Origin: Phoronis australis | Lineage: Eukaryota; Animalia; Phoronida | Direction: 5' to 3' | DNA: 64,000 nucleotides | NCBI GenBank assembly: GCA_002633005.1 | Contig: NMRA01000263.1 | Span: 521,631 to 585,630, forward strand | In this document: in pieces, positions 24,301 through 37,398 of the stretch | Layout: each line of letters opens with the position of its first letter | Position numbering within the stretch: the stretch's first letter is position 1 | Notes under the pieces: generated by a model | The model's input: the letters and a program-made list of their open reading frames with translations, nothing else | Database searches by the model: none | What the model was told of the DNA's origin: nothing | Program-made: the position numbers and the translations under genes

Positions 24301-27300
24301 TTACCTCGTAACTTCTAAACATTTAAACTGTTCATCTTCTTTACAATTGGGAGTAACTGGATGGGCCTGATTGAAGTATCTTTATAGTCAGACATCTTTT
24401 AGATTCAAACTTATGAGTATTGCTGTCTTGATTTCTCTAAATTAGTGGTAGTCTAAATTTCAAGTGAAACATTTTTTTTCGCGACTGTTTATATAGCACA
24501 ATAGAATTCTGAATGATAATCCACGATATGAACAACCCCTATACAGCCCTTAGTTGTTGACTTCAATAACCACCACTATCATTATCCTTCATACTGTATT
24601 CACTTCATCTGCTTGTTTGGGATCACTGTAAGAGAAGAATGTGCCACACTGCCAAACAACACTTTGAAAAAAGCTGTGTAGGATTCTAAGGGTTTATATT
24701 TTTAGATATAAATTAAGTTTACAAATTGTCCAAAACCAAGTGCTGTGAATCATCTTGGATTTTTTGTGTTATTCAGTTTTCATATTTTTATGCTGTAAAA
24801 TTTTTGGACACCTTCAAAGGAATGTTCTTGAATTATTCTGAAGGAAATTATATATTAATTACTCCCTGCCTGCTGGCTTGCTTATGAAGAATCTTGTGTA
24901 TGATGCCTGCAACCTATTACTATATACACACACATGCATAAAATATGTATATTATGTATGTGTTTGTTTACAGACACAGATTATACAGATTATCAACTTT
25001 CTTCATGGACATTTTACATTTCAGGACTTCGTACCACTGTATCAAAGCTTTGAAAGTTTCTACACCAGAAACTTGTACACCAGAATCCGTGACAGTTGGA
25101 ACCGTCCCATCTGTAGCGTGCCCGGCGCTCAGTTTGAGTTGCTTGACAGAAAGTCTAATGATTATGGATGGAACTTTCAGTGAGTGTGGTTTTAAACAAT
25201 TTAGTTCGATTGGATTGTTTTTAATGTCTGAAATTTCCGAATTTTGCTTGCTCAGGTCATGCAGCACCACCTTGTGAAAAAAGTGATGATAACTTCTGTC
25301 TTTGCTAGGCTATTGTTTTCTCTTTTATAAGTAAACACTGGTTGATATGTTTATATGTGGCACATACGGTAACCAGTGGCAACTTGACAGTTAACAGTTC
25401 TAGCTAAATCTTAAAACATGTTCACATCAAAGATGAAACCCTCATTTGAGTAGCCTCATAGTCGTAGGCAGATGAACGGAACAAATTTTTCTCAAACTGA
25501 CTGCATGGCATTGGCATTCAACCTCTGGTTATCAAATGTTATACTCTTTAGATAATCTAAAGACATATATTATCTTCAATGGCGTATTGTCTATAGCCAT
25601 TTTATTAGAAATTCCAATGGTGTCATTTCATTTTCCGTCTGTTTACTAGGAAGCACACTTAACCACTATGTATTACGTGAACCAAAAAGACTGGTTGTAT
25701 TTCTCATCTGAATGCTCCTCAAAAATATGACCTTGTTGTGATCTTCACAGATTCACTGGGACCACCACCAAAGCTCTCAACATGGGCTCGTACAACTACC
25801 TGGGCTTCGCCGAGAACTATGGGGCGTGTGCCAAGGCTTCAGAGGAGAGCACCCTACAATACGGGGTGGGAGTGTCTAGCTCAAGACAGGAACTTGGTAA
25901 GTAAAGTGACATCTTGTGGAAAAGTCTAGTAAGTTTTCTTTGTGGCAGATAGGTGCTGGTGACACTTTTGTGGACAGTTGATGGTTTCGTTTAAGTTCAT
26001 GTTCACCACTTGACTTAGGAGGAGGATTGTTGTTGGCAGTATAAGTATCTGGTAGCTTAATATAAGGCAGAAATTCGGTGCTCGCTGTGTGGGAAAATAA
26101 TCTTTGGTAAGTTAGCTGAAAAGATTATCATGATATCTCATATATGAAGTACAAGTCAAGATACTGTTAAATTGAAAGGCAAGCCGAGCGATCACTGAAT
26201 CTATATAATCAAAGTTATGATGGTTGTCTAACATGGTGTTCACTAGTTGACTGGTTTGGTAAAACTCAGTAATTAATCAATTTCTTTGAATTTCTTGTTA
26301 TTTAATTATATGTTTTCGTGTGTTTAAGGATCCCTAGCTGTCCACAAAGAGTTGGAAGACCTGGTGGCCAAGTTTCTGGGTGTAGATGCTTCCATCACAT
26401 TTGGTATGGGTTTCGCTACCAACTCCATGAACATGCCTGCACTGATGGGAAAGGTGAGACGAGCAAACATAGAAAGAATCAGCATGCATTCTCTTTACAC
26501 CTGACTGCATCTAAAGTGTCACTGTGCTACTCAGAATTTGGAATAAATACTTGACATTGCCCGTGTTTGCTTATAACATGCTTAATACCTGCCCAGGGAT
26601 TTAATCACCCTTTTGCTTTTGTCTTTAATACCACAAGTTAACAGTCTTCATCCTGAAGATTACACCAAATAGCACCATACTCTGAATGGAGTCCTTTGAT
26701 TGGTTTAACAGCAAGATTCACTGTTCTTAAGTTGATTTATTCCAGTTTGAAGTAATTGATTTTGACTTGACCTCATTTGTTCTGTTTGGTACTGCAAACA
26801 GAGTCAAACAGCACTGCTTTGCCTTAGGATAAATCAACCTATTTAATATTCCATTCATTTCTTTGAATTTACGTTTGCATTCAGACAGATGTAAAGAAGT
26901 CTAGTTGGTTTCGAACTGAAGTTAATGATCTTTGTGTGTGTGTGTCAGTTTTCTCGTTTTAACCATTAAAATGAAACGCAGTGCTGATCTATTTCCTGTT
27001 TGATGGTGACTCGTATTTTATTCCCACGTTAGTGTTGATGCTATATGAACTGTAACTCATTGGGTTAGTGCAGTTAATATACTGTTCTTTCTTATGTTCT
27101 TATCCTATTGGTTGACAAAGTTAACCTTGTTTTACATTCGTTTCAGGGCTGTCTGATTATCAGTGATGAGCTTAACCACGCCTCCTTAGTTCTGGGAGCC
27201 AGGTTGTCAGGGGCTAGTATCAAAGTATTTAAACATAATAGTAAGTTCATTGCTTGACTGTTGCGAAGCAGTGTAGTGATAGACACATGGTTCACTTTGA

Positions 27301-30300
27301 TTAGGGTTACATAATAGTCACACATACGTACTCAGGAATGGCCTAGTAGTTAAAATAATAGGAGGCCTTGCAATTGAGAGCTCGTGGGATTGAGCTATAA
27401 TGTTCCCTAAGCGTTGGACTAGAGTTTGTTGACATTTCTGTGTGAAGGCACCTCTCCATTTTTGAGGTTGGTTCTCATTATGATGGGTAAGAAATATCAG
27501 CAAGGTAACAGGGGTTCTTAACTGGGTGATGCTCTTAAATTATAGGAAAATTTTTCATTGACATGTGCGTTTTTTTAATTACTGATTATAATGTCGGGAT
27601 CATGTGAGCACTGAGATGATTATCACACTCTGTTCCTGTCATTTCATTGCATTTGTTGTACTGAGTCACTATCACACAAATTTCCTCGTGGCTCATAACC
27701 GTATAAAAACATGTTATATTAATGAGCATTGCACGGGTTACCTGTGGTGGATATGAGGAATAGATTCAAAGGCATGTGAGTTTAATGGTATGAGGCTTTG
27801 CTACTTTACATAAGGAATGAAGTTGCATAGTTCTAACATTGTCATCAAGGTTGATGTTTTGTGCATAAGACATTTTGGTTTTGATTTAGTGACTTTGGTA
27901 ATTTCAAGAGAAAAAATTCTTATCAGTGGTAAATAGGATGGTGAACCATGATAAAAGGGTGTGTCCCCCCTATTTGTGGCTGAAACTTGAAAATTATGAA
28001 AGTGCCCAATTACCTCTTACAAACTGGGCTCAAAAATTTCCTTGCCGCCAATTTGTTTTTACTATCAAAAAGAATCTAGAGATCACCAGCAAAGGGTGAC
28101 TTTCAAATAACAATGTGGTGACTCAGATTACGTCATTACGTACCATTCTCCTGGAGTGTAAAAATCAAGAAATTTCCACTATCACCTTCTAATCTAGAAT
28201 CACGCTCAATTAAACTTGTCAAGCAAGCCGTTAAGTACACAATACTGTGGTTAAGCTAGTCAGAGCTTACAGTCATACAAATGAATCAACAGTGAAATTT
28301 GAGTATAATTTCTCTCAAAGTCAATCATTTTTCTCCATTCAAAGTTTTTTGGTTAAAATATTTCACGACATTTGTTGAAAGTCGTTTGCAAATAGTATTC
28401 TTAAATATCGGTTAGCTTGGCGTCGGGTGCGTTGTTTACAGCGTAATTGCTGGATTACGTTAGCTTATCAGATGAAAGCAGACAATAAGAGAGCTGGACT
28501 ATGTAAACATTGGTTTACCACTGTAAAACTGATAACGACAGACACAGCTGTATCCTGACTGGCCGCCCAGTCAATGGGGATACTCATTCCACTGCGCGGG
28601 TACGTAACATGGGACCAGAAATTAGCTGCCACTAGAGGGCGAGGTAGCAATTTGTCTTTTCCTTAAGACACATTACACATTATCACACGCACTGTGAAGG
28701 GACTTTTCACAAAGTCAAAATGTTCCCGTATGTCACCTGCTGTGTGCCTGTTTGTACAGCCAGATGGCGATATGAGTCACTGGTCTCACAGTATCAGCTA
28801 CAACTGCTTTCTGAAAATTTCCCATTTTAAGGAAGTGGTTAAGTTCTTTAAGGGTTGCCCATCCCTGGCAAAAGCGATGCCATTTTGATACCCTTTCTTA
28901 CTTGCCGTTGCTTAGAATTGTCTGTCTCAAGATGGAAATCATTTTCTATCCTGATTTGTACTGGAAAGGTTTGAGATATATTTATGTGGTTGAATAACCC
29001 AGTTTGTAATTGGAATTTTAGGTGGTAAGGAGAAACTGGCCCAGTTTGATTTGTTTGGAATAAATTGACCGATGTGCTTTCAGATATGAAAAGTTTAGAA
29101 AAAGTCCTGAGTGACGCTGTCGTTTATGGTCAGCCCAGGACACATCGACCATGGAAGAAAATCTTAATTGTTGTTGAGGGTATATATAGGTGAGTATAAG
29201 TGCCTGAAGATAATGGTATGGATTCTCATACGTTGAAAGACTGGATGGACAAGAATACCTCAACCCCCATCAAGGATCTGTGGAGACACCATGGCTTGGT
29301 GTAGGTGACTGCTGTTTACTTACACAAATAGTGAGAGCCAGTCCTTGATCATTATAAGGACTGTAGAAGGCAGATTGAAATGTTTGATGTCCTAACTATC
29401 AGTCTCTTAGGGAAGTTGATCTAAATCTTGCTGTTGTAGTGAAGTCCAAAACATGTAATTATTTGCCCATTTGGCCAAAAAGCATTTTGTTCTGGTATGT
29501 ACCCAACTCATTTTGAGACCTGTAGTATCTGACAAAAAGAAGAAATATTGGAAATGAAACGCCCTCTACATCGTTTTCAGCCAAGTTCTCGTGTTTCTTT
29601 TTTTGAAAAGCTACGTAAACATGGGTAAGCCATGATTTTCCTAGTGATGAGAAAAAAACCAAAAAAATCTGCATCATTTTGCTCATCTTGATTTTCTTTT
29701 TTAATAGTGAAGATAACCACGTGGATTTTCAAAAAAACAGACACTAATCACGTATGCTTTTTAGGCCTGAAATGGATGGTCTTATAGGCCCTAATTAGGA
29801 TTCGGTGCTGTATGGTACAGGCTGCAAAATCTACGACATAAATTCAGTTCAAGCTTTGATGCATTAACGTTTACTTGTATCTCTTCAGTATGGAAGGCTC
29901 GATTGTGCGACTGCCAGAGATCATTGAACTGAAGAAAAAATACAAAGCCTACCTTTACCTGGATGAGGCACACAGCATCGGGGCCTTAGGCCCCACAGGT
30001 CGGGGTGTAGTGGAGTACTTTGGATGTGACCCCCATGATGTGGACATACTAATGGGCACATTTACCAAGAGCTTTGGTTCTGCTGGTGGATACATTGCAG
30101 GGTCAAAGGTCAGTGTAGATGTTATTGCTGTTAAGTGAAATGCAACATGGTAAGACTATGTATAACTCTGTGTTGGTCACTGTTTTATGGGTTGGAGTCA
30201 TATGCCTTCTCATAATGGGAGGGAATTCAAAGTGAATGAAATCTGAAGTTATTTTCTTATTCAAAATCCTGCTTTCTATTATGGAATAGAGTTGCACGGA

Positions 30301-33300
30301 GTGGATTAACTGCACCATCTTGTAATTGTTCATAGTATTGTACATGACATTCTGCAACTAGGCTTTCCTGAAAGCTCATAACCACACCTCTTAATACTTC
30401 AATATTTTAATTGGCTTTGATGGAATGTGCTAGATAAAGTTGGAAGTTTTATGCAACCTAGTCCTTGTGCTTGTTTTCATGTGTTTTGTTTACCGTTGTA
30501 GTTTTGTCTCTCTTAATTATGTTCACTGTAATTCTTCACTGATTTTGCACAAAAAATAATTGTCCAAATTGTCATTTTTCTAATTATTTATACTGCAAAT
30601 ATTGAAACCTTTGCTAAATTTCATTTTTACAATTAACCAACCTAACAATAAACCAAGATAGTCCTTAATCTTTTTTCTTGGCCATCTCGGTGGATAACAT
30701 GTAATCATTTCATCACTGCAGGAACTCATCAAGTATTTACGGCTACATTCTCACAGTACAACATATGCCACGTCCATGGCGCCACCTGTTGCTCAACAAA
30801 TCATCACATCCATGAAGACCATTATGGGCCTTATTGGATCTGGAGACGGTAAGTAGTCTCCTTGTGTTGGACCAATATCATTAAACTGCTACTACGTAAT
30901 ACCTACATCAGATCTTATCTTAATTCAGACAAAGTTCCGCGAAGTGTTTTGTCTAGTTTGTGCACTTGGCCCTCCTGATGTGTCGGATTTCGTCTTATTC
31001 AGTCAAAACTCCCGTTTTACCATTATAAAAGTTGGCACCATATCAGAAAGCTTAAAAATTGCTTCGTACTAACGACAGTGCTCAAAAAAGTTGCCTCGCT
31101 TCATCAATTTTATCCCAAAATTATGTGATAGATATTGGTAATGTGGTTATTTAAAACATTTCAATGATTCCCCGGAAATTAAGTTGGAATAATAAGGCCA
31201 GCAGTACTTTTAGCTTAGTGTTATGATTTTGTGTTCTAGGTGAACGAAGAATTGCTCAGCTAGCGTGGAATGCCCGTTACTTCCGAGACAAGCTACAGGA
31301 GATGGGGTTCATCACATACGGCAACAGGGACTCTCCTGTCGTACCTATGTTGTTATTTATGCCAGCTAAAATTAGGTAAACAGTTGACTTGGGCTTTTGT
31401 CACGACACAACAAAAATCTGGAGTTTGCAGATTAAGTGGATCTCCTGTATGCAGGTGATAGAGAGAGGGATGGTCCTGACACGCTGTAAAATGTAACAAA
31501 TACACTGTTATAATTTAAGTTGCTGAGCCTCTCCTGATATGTAACAAGTTGTCACATTTTACGTAATTGTTACATTTTGCATGAATGCGCATGCAAGAAA
31601 TGAACCATTGTTACATTTTACGAAACCAACTTCATATCACAAAGTAAATGACCAAAATCATGAACAAGTGGTATCTGACACTGTTAGGGGTACTCGAGTA
31701 TTTTTGGATGAGGGGTGCTGCCCGAAAATTTGGATATCTACTGATTTAGAGAGTGGGCTCGGACAAAAAGTGACCTATTTAGAGAGTAATTTTGTGTAAA
31801 AATTCACCCTTTTGCACATTTCTGTTCCAGAATTTCAGAAAAGGCACCATTTTATTATGTTTAAAATGGCACCATTTTGGAGAGTATTTTTTGCTGTGAA
31901 AAAACCCTTTTGGGCGGCACTTCCCATAAACCTCTTCTATAGCAATGCACTCCGGGCTGACAGGGCATCACTATTATAATTATTATTATTGAATTTATTT
32001 AACAAGAACACAATGCAATATACACACTACATGCTTAGCAAAGTGCTAAATAAATGCATCATGGTCCTCAAAGATTTAAAATCATCTCATTTATGTTTCA
32101 ATGTTTTCATTGTGCTTCCCATAATGGACACCAAGTTCTGTTTCAAAATGATTTTAAAGGGGTTCCTTAACGATATTGTGAGAAACATCTTGACAGCTGT
32201 GGATGCAGGGCAGGTCTACTATGTGGAAACGAGGAGGTTGAGATTTAAAATCTTGTTTAGATGTGCGCCAATTCATAATTTGATAATTTCTGAACTATCG
32301 GCAAGCATGGTATTGTTTGTGATACAACTAAAGACTAAAGTGGTTTATTTTTTATCAAATTTGCTTCCGAAATTGAATTCTCCGTGAAAAATTATTGTGT
32401 GTTTGTTTTTTCCGGAAGAAATGCGATAAGTATTAGCCAAAATATGGTGCCATTGTTTTGGTTGTTCTTAATGCCGTAGTTCCAACAAGATTGCATGAAC
32501 GCTTTAACAATTAATAAACTTGTTACCTGATCATGAAAACTCCTTTCGTCTGGAGTTGAAACTGTACAGGGTACATATTAGACTATACCAAGAAACTATT
32601 TGTGTTAAAAAAACAATGGAAAGCACAAAGGGACACACCTATAAATTCAAGCTGGCACATTTGACAGAATTTCATTTAAAACTCTGATAAAGAAGCCATT
32701 AAGTGTGTGAACCATTTACCTCCGTGCGACAAATACCATGCAAACTCTTAAAATATGATGTCCCTTTCGTAAAGTGTAACAACAGTACATTTCTGGCATG
32801 CGCATTCAATGTAAATTGTAACAATTACATAAAATGTAACAACTTTTTACATTTTAGGAGAGGCCTAGCAACATAAAATGTAGAAATGACATAGAATGTA
32901 ACTTACAGTTCATTGTTACATTTTACAAATTTGTTACATGTAACAGTGTATTGGGGCCCTCTCTTTTTTAGTGTCACCAAAGGAACAGTGAGTTGTCCGA
33001 TATTGGTTTAAGCTCACTAATAAAGTCTTGAATAAACCTTTTCTGATTTGTGACATGGCTGTCAGTCCCTTCGTGTATAAAATGGTTAAAGCATTATAAA
33101 TCATGCTCTGGTTTTGAAAAATCTCCTTTCTTCACGTCACGCATATCTTTGCCCTTCCGAAACAATGTCGTTACGCTGTTATCCTTTGTTTGAATTGAGA
33201 TTGTCTGTTGCACGCTACTTAAAGGGCGTGGTCTGAGGCAGTAGTGATATGTCAGTTTTTCTCAAGCCTAGAAGCTATTTATGATCTGAGTAAGGAACAA

Positions 33301-34992
33301 CATGAGTCCAACTTAGTTACACTAAGGCTTGAAGAAGCAATCGTTCTTTGACCGAAGGTGTGGGTTTACAGTATTGTCTCTTCACAAGCTGTAAAAGCAG
33401 TGGATGTGATTCAATCACAGTGTTCATTCATTTGTTCTGGTTCTGTCTTCAGTGCCTTTGGTCGTGAGACTTTGAAGCGTGGTCTTGGTACAGTGGTGGT
33501 AGGCTTCCCAGCCACGCCCATCATAGAGTCGCGGGCACGTTTCTGTCTGTCGGCAGCTCACACCAAGGAGATGCTGGACAAGGTGAGTTACCTCCCCTGT
33601 TTCCATGGCAACTGGGCATCTACTTGTTTCGTTGAGTGGTATTACTAGTTTTTAAAGTTCACAACAGTTCTAAGTAAGAGTAGTCTGTAGTGAAATAAAT
33701 CGGGTCAAATTGTATAAGGGTCCATTCACAAATATTACCATTTTCAAAACCATACAAACCATGCACTTCTCCCAACACCCCTCCCCCCTCGAATGCTTAC
33801 AAAAATAGTGATTTTTCATTAGTCATATGTTTTTGACCATATAAAACTTCTTAATGTGTCCTTCAAAATTTAATGCTGCTCTTTGTTTGTATAGTGACTG
33901 AGTGTAAAAATAAAACTTGTGTTTCAAACAATTCTTCGTGTACATTTTTTGTGCCCAGTTGGATCTTGACGACATTTTGTCAAAAGTAATTAAAACCGTT
34001 GACTTCTGTTACTTGCAAGCCCTGAACCCTTCCTTTCCCCAAGCAAGTGATTTGTATGCTTATGACAATGCCAGTAATACTGAAAGATCCGTAATATGGA
34101 TCGTGAAATGCAATTTACCACATGTAGGGTCATTGTTTTTGTTTTATGTTTTGTGGTGGATTCCTTTGTTTTGGCATTATGATACAGCTAGAGGGTATTC
34201 CTAATTACACAGGGTGAGATTATTGATTGCTTACACAGGCAGATTCACTAGTGCTTCCTTCATTTATTTGAGTGTAAAGTTAGCAACGTCGGCTTAAACT
34301 TCATGTAAATTACTTGGGAATGTTACATCACTACATACTTTGGCAATATTTTGTCTTTGTTGCAACTATACATAATCAACACACAGTTGTGGCTGTATAC
34401 TATAAAAGTGGCTTTCTTGGAATTATTGGAATTTTTAACTCTTACCTTGTCTGTGATTTCAGTTTTTAGTGACTCCTTGGGAGTTTCCAACCTTAGCGGA
34501 AAAGTGGGTCAAAATTGCCATTTTTGCATAAGGTCTATATAAACCATTGCGTAGAAAACCAGTCTCACAAACTCCATGGAAATTTTCCATGCACAAAATT
34601 ATAGAGCTTATGCAAGGCTATGCATCAGTTTGTTCGACTTTTCTGTCAAATTTGAAAACTCACAAATACTGTATCAGCCAGCATCATGACGCCAAAGGAA
34701 TTGGGTCAAAACTCCACCTTGCTTTCTATCTGGTTTATGGTCTGTCTAGTATTTCTTAATAATTCTTCATAAACGCTTGTGAAGAAGTTTCCTACGTACT
34801 GTCTGTAAAGATCAATTCGTCTGAGATTAATTATAACACATGCATTAAGTTCACTGACATTCAGAAGCTTAGCTTGTATAATCCACTTCTATCTACTCTT
34901 TATAGGCATTAGACATCATTGATGAAGTGGGTGATCTACTTCGGTTGAAGTACTCCCAGCGGACGCGTGCAGTCAAGTCGGGGGCTCATTAA
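21219..34992 (+). CDS. SPTLC2: Serine palmitoyltransferase long-chain base subunit 2, complete 12-exon gene, 532 aa
   Basis: Exons 21219-21314, 23530-23706, 25025-25179, 25751-25896, 26329-26453, 27147-27240, 29084-29189, 29889-30108, 30722-30848, 31240-31375, 33453-33582, 34906-34992 join to 1599 nt. Motifs [30 protein letters not shown] and the PLP-lysine motif GTFTKSFG. Confidence 0.96.
22492..22998 (+). mobile_element. PIF/Harbinger-type MITE, copy 1 (SPTLC2 intron 1)
   Basis: TIR AGGGCCTTTCATA / TATGAAAGGGCCT; 3-bp TSD TAA; highly similar to 56979-57486. Confidence 0.85.
23530..23706 (+). CDS. SPTLC2: SPTLC2 exon 2
   Basis: [32 protein letters not shown]; ttttag acceptor, gtgagt donor. 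Confidence 0.95.
25025..25179 (+). CDS. SPTLC2: SPTLC2 exon 3
   Basis: [35 protein letters not shown]. Confidence 0.95.
25751..25896 (+). CDS. SPTLC2: SPTLC2 exon 4
   Basis: [24 protein letters not shown]...SSRQEL. Confidence 0.95.
26329..26453 (+). CDS. SPTLC2: SPTLC2 exon 5
   Basis: [37 protein letters not shown]. Confidence 0.95.
27147..27240 (+). CDS. SPTLC2: SPTLC2 exon 6
   Basis: [31 protein letters not shown]. Confidence 0.95.
29084..29189 (+). CDS. SPTLC2: SPTLC2 exon 7
   Basis: [35 protein letters not shown]. Confidence 0.95.
29889..30108 (+). CDS. SPTLC2: SPTLC2 exon 8 (PLP-binding lysine)
   Basis: [10 protein letters not shown]...[12 protein letters not shown]...[19 protein letters not shown]. 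Confidence 0.97.
30722..30848 (+). CDS. SPTLC2: SPTLC2 exon 9
   Basis: [36 protein letters not shown]. Confidence 0.95.
31240..31375 (+). CDS. SPTLC2: SPTLC2 exon 10
   Basis: [42 protein letters not shown]. Confidence 0.95.
31462..32964. mobile_element. Long-TIR non-autonomous element with TGTAACA/TGTTACA subterminal repeats (possibly Sola-like)
   Basis: About 31462-31625 is an imperfect reverse complement of about 32765-32964. Confidence 0.6.
33453..33582 (+). CDS. SPTLC2: SPTLC2 exon 11
   Basis: [43 protein letters not shown]. Confidence 0.96.
34906..34992 (+). CDS. SPTLC2: SPTLC2 last coding exon
   Basis: [28 protein letters not shown]-stop(TAA). Confidence 0.92.
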   Translation, partial: ALDIIDEVGDLLRLKYSQRTRAVKSGAH

Positions 34993-37013
34993 TCCTGTAC
35001 AACATATATTTTTGTCTCGCTTGATGTACGTGCTATTGTGGGTGTGCAGAGGAGTGTGACAGGACTTTTTATTTCACATACATCTACTGTTTTAGTAAAT
35101 TTATATCTCTGTTGTAAAGTAAGTAGAGATTGACTATTTTGAAAGTTAAACTTGAAGGCATCGCCTGATTTTATTAGTGCAGGGCCGTAGATGCTTACAT
35201 ATACAAGTGATAGGTTCAAGATATAGGATGTTCCAACTCTTGGACCGTGAAAGTGGACGTAATTGAATCCCAGGGACTCCCTGGCCATGAGTTTGCTGGT
35301 TTTTTTTCATAGAAACGTCATATTTGGAGTAGAAGAAATTGACAAATTTTAATTAAACTTTTCTAGATTTGATAAAGTTCTGGTGAAAACCCTGAAGTAA
35401 ACTGGATTAAAAGGTAACACCAAATTATTTGTAAATGAGTCGGATGGGTTTGCTTTCAAATTCTGTGGATTTCTAACATGAACCAATTTGTTCAATACTT
35501 TTTGAAAAGTGGCATTAACTGATCAGTGTGTAGATCTATGGACTTAATGTGGAACATTACTGGTTGGGTTTATTTATTTTTCTACTTTTCTTACATTAAA
35601 GAGCGTTTAAATATTAATTATCAGAACGGCTGCGGAAATGTCCCCCATTTTTGAGGGCTTGCATAGGAAACTTAGAACCTGGTTTATTCTCTGTTTACCT
35701 TAGCCGCAGCGTACTTTTGGAGCGGTCTGTCAATCTCTGTCTGCCAGTGTTTTTGAGGCACTAGGTGGCAACGTTTTTTGGCATTGTTGGTTGCTTTTTA
35801 TCCGGGATGTACTTTCGTTGTTGTTATGCTAATAGATTCCATAACATCTACGTTATATATGGAGACTGGATTTTAAATTGTCATTGCGCACACGTTGCTA
35901 TTGTGCCTCGTCTGTTCTCATTGACTTTGCTGCGAGCCTAGAGCACTCTTTAACTTGATGTAGTGATCTTTATGAAGTGTGACGGTGAGCAAATCAAAAG
36001 TGTCAAAATTGCTGCTAGTGACCCACCATCTGTTACAAGACTTAACGTCTGATTTAGATCGCTTGCGGTTATGTAGTTGGTTTTAAGTTGTTCAGATTAG
36101 AGATTTCTGGATGTGGGACAAACTGGCTCACGTAAGACAAGGGTAGACTTCAGTAGCTGTCCCCTTGCGGCTTGAAAAATCTAGCCAAGGTCACGTGCTC
36201 TCATTTAAAATACTTTAAATTATCTCACGTAATCTCGCAGTCTTGTTTCCTAACGAGATCCTAGAGTTACTGAACTTTACCCAGGTCCAACAAGTTGGGT
36301 TTGTGGGGTGTGGCTGCTCATTTTATGCACCAAGCGTACCTAGTCTGAAGCCAAACCTAAATCTCCTGCTACTTGGAATCGGAGGTGAAGTGTTGTCAAC
36401 AAGCATTGTCTCTAGCAATAATTAACTCTTCCCAGCAAACACTTGTAAGCTGAGTATAAGGAACATTCACAAATGTTTCATAAAGGCATGATTGGCAGAA
36501 ACTAGCTTTGGTGCAGCTTTGAACTGACTAGTGAACTATCTGCATCTGTGTATTTCTATTAATAAGTGCATAGTCAACTAAAATTGTACCAAGCTAAGTT
36601 GTGGTTTGTGCTTGCTTCAGATGAGTCTCGCCGGTGTATGTCTGGAGTGTTAGTTTTGTATGCATTGAAGTATCAACTAATTAAGCAAATGAAATATGAT
36701 TATTTATTAATTGGATAGATTATAGTGAACTTGGAATTACATTCAGATCTCCATCTATATCAGTTGTTATTACATTTCAAAACAATTCACTAAACAGCTA
36801 ATCCATCAAGAACACTGAAAACACTAATTATCACGCTACATTTCCAGTTAACGACAAGAACTTTCTGACAACATGGTGTGAATGTTTGAACAGGCATATC
36901 TCAGGATTCTGCCTTTTGAATTGCTGGAGGACAATGTTTAACATGAAAATGTTCTTTTTGGATAGATACTGCATTTTAAAAACCATTTTGGATGATTAAT
37001 GGTACCGGACCAG

Positions 37014-37398
37014 GGCCCGGTCTCTAATCTTTGTACTCGAAACGAACTCGAAACTATTTTTGCCAATTTCTCTGCTCCTTTTGTGCGAACTTAAGATAAT
37101 TGGTTATCAGACTGTGCTCGAATACATTATAGTTTATGCATAGGAGTTTCTAGTTCAAGTTTGCCCTTGAAGACCCTTATATTCGTGCTACAAACTCGAG
37201 TAAAAACTCAAAATTTTGAGTTCAAACTCGAACTTATTGCTTTAATATTGGGTTTACAAACTGTGAACTAAGAGCAATGAATTATCTACGTAAGTTATTG
37301 TGTACTCGAGCATAGAATGAGTTCGCCCAAAAGTAGAGTAGAAAATGCCAAACCTAATTTCGAGTTCCATTTCAAGTAAAAAGATTGGAGACCGGGCC
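37014..37398. mobile_element. Harbinger-type MITE
   Basis: TIR GGCCCGGTCTCTAATCTTT / AAAGATTGGAGACCGGGCC; 3-bp TSD CAG; internal CTCGA repeats. Confidence 0.8.

Noticed and set aside
31989-32387. 132-aa ORF in SPTLC2 intron 10
   Set aside because: Inside the long-TIR element, AT-rich, no recognisable transposase motif.
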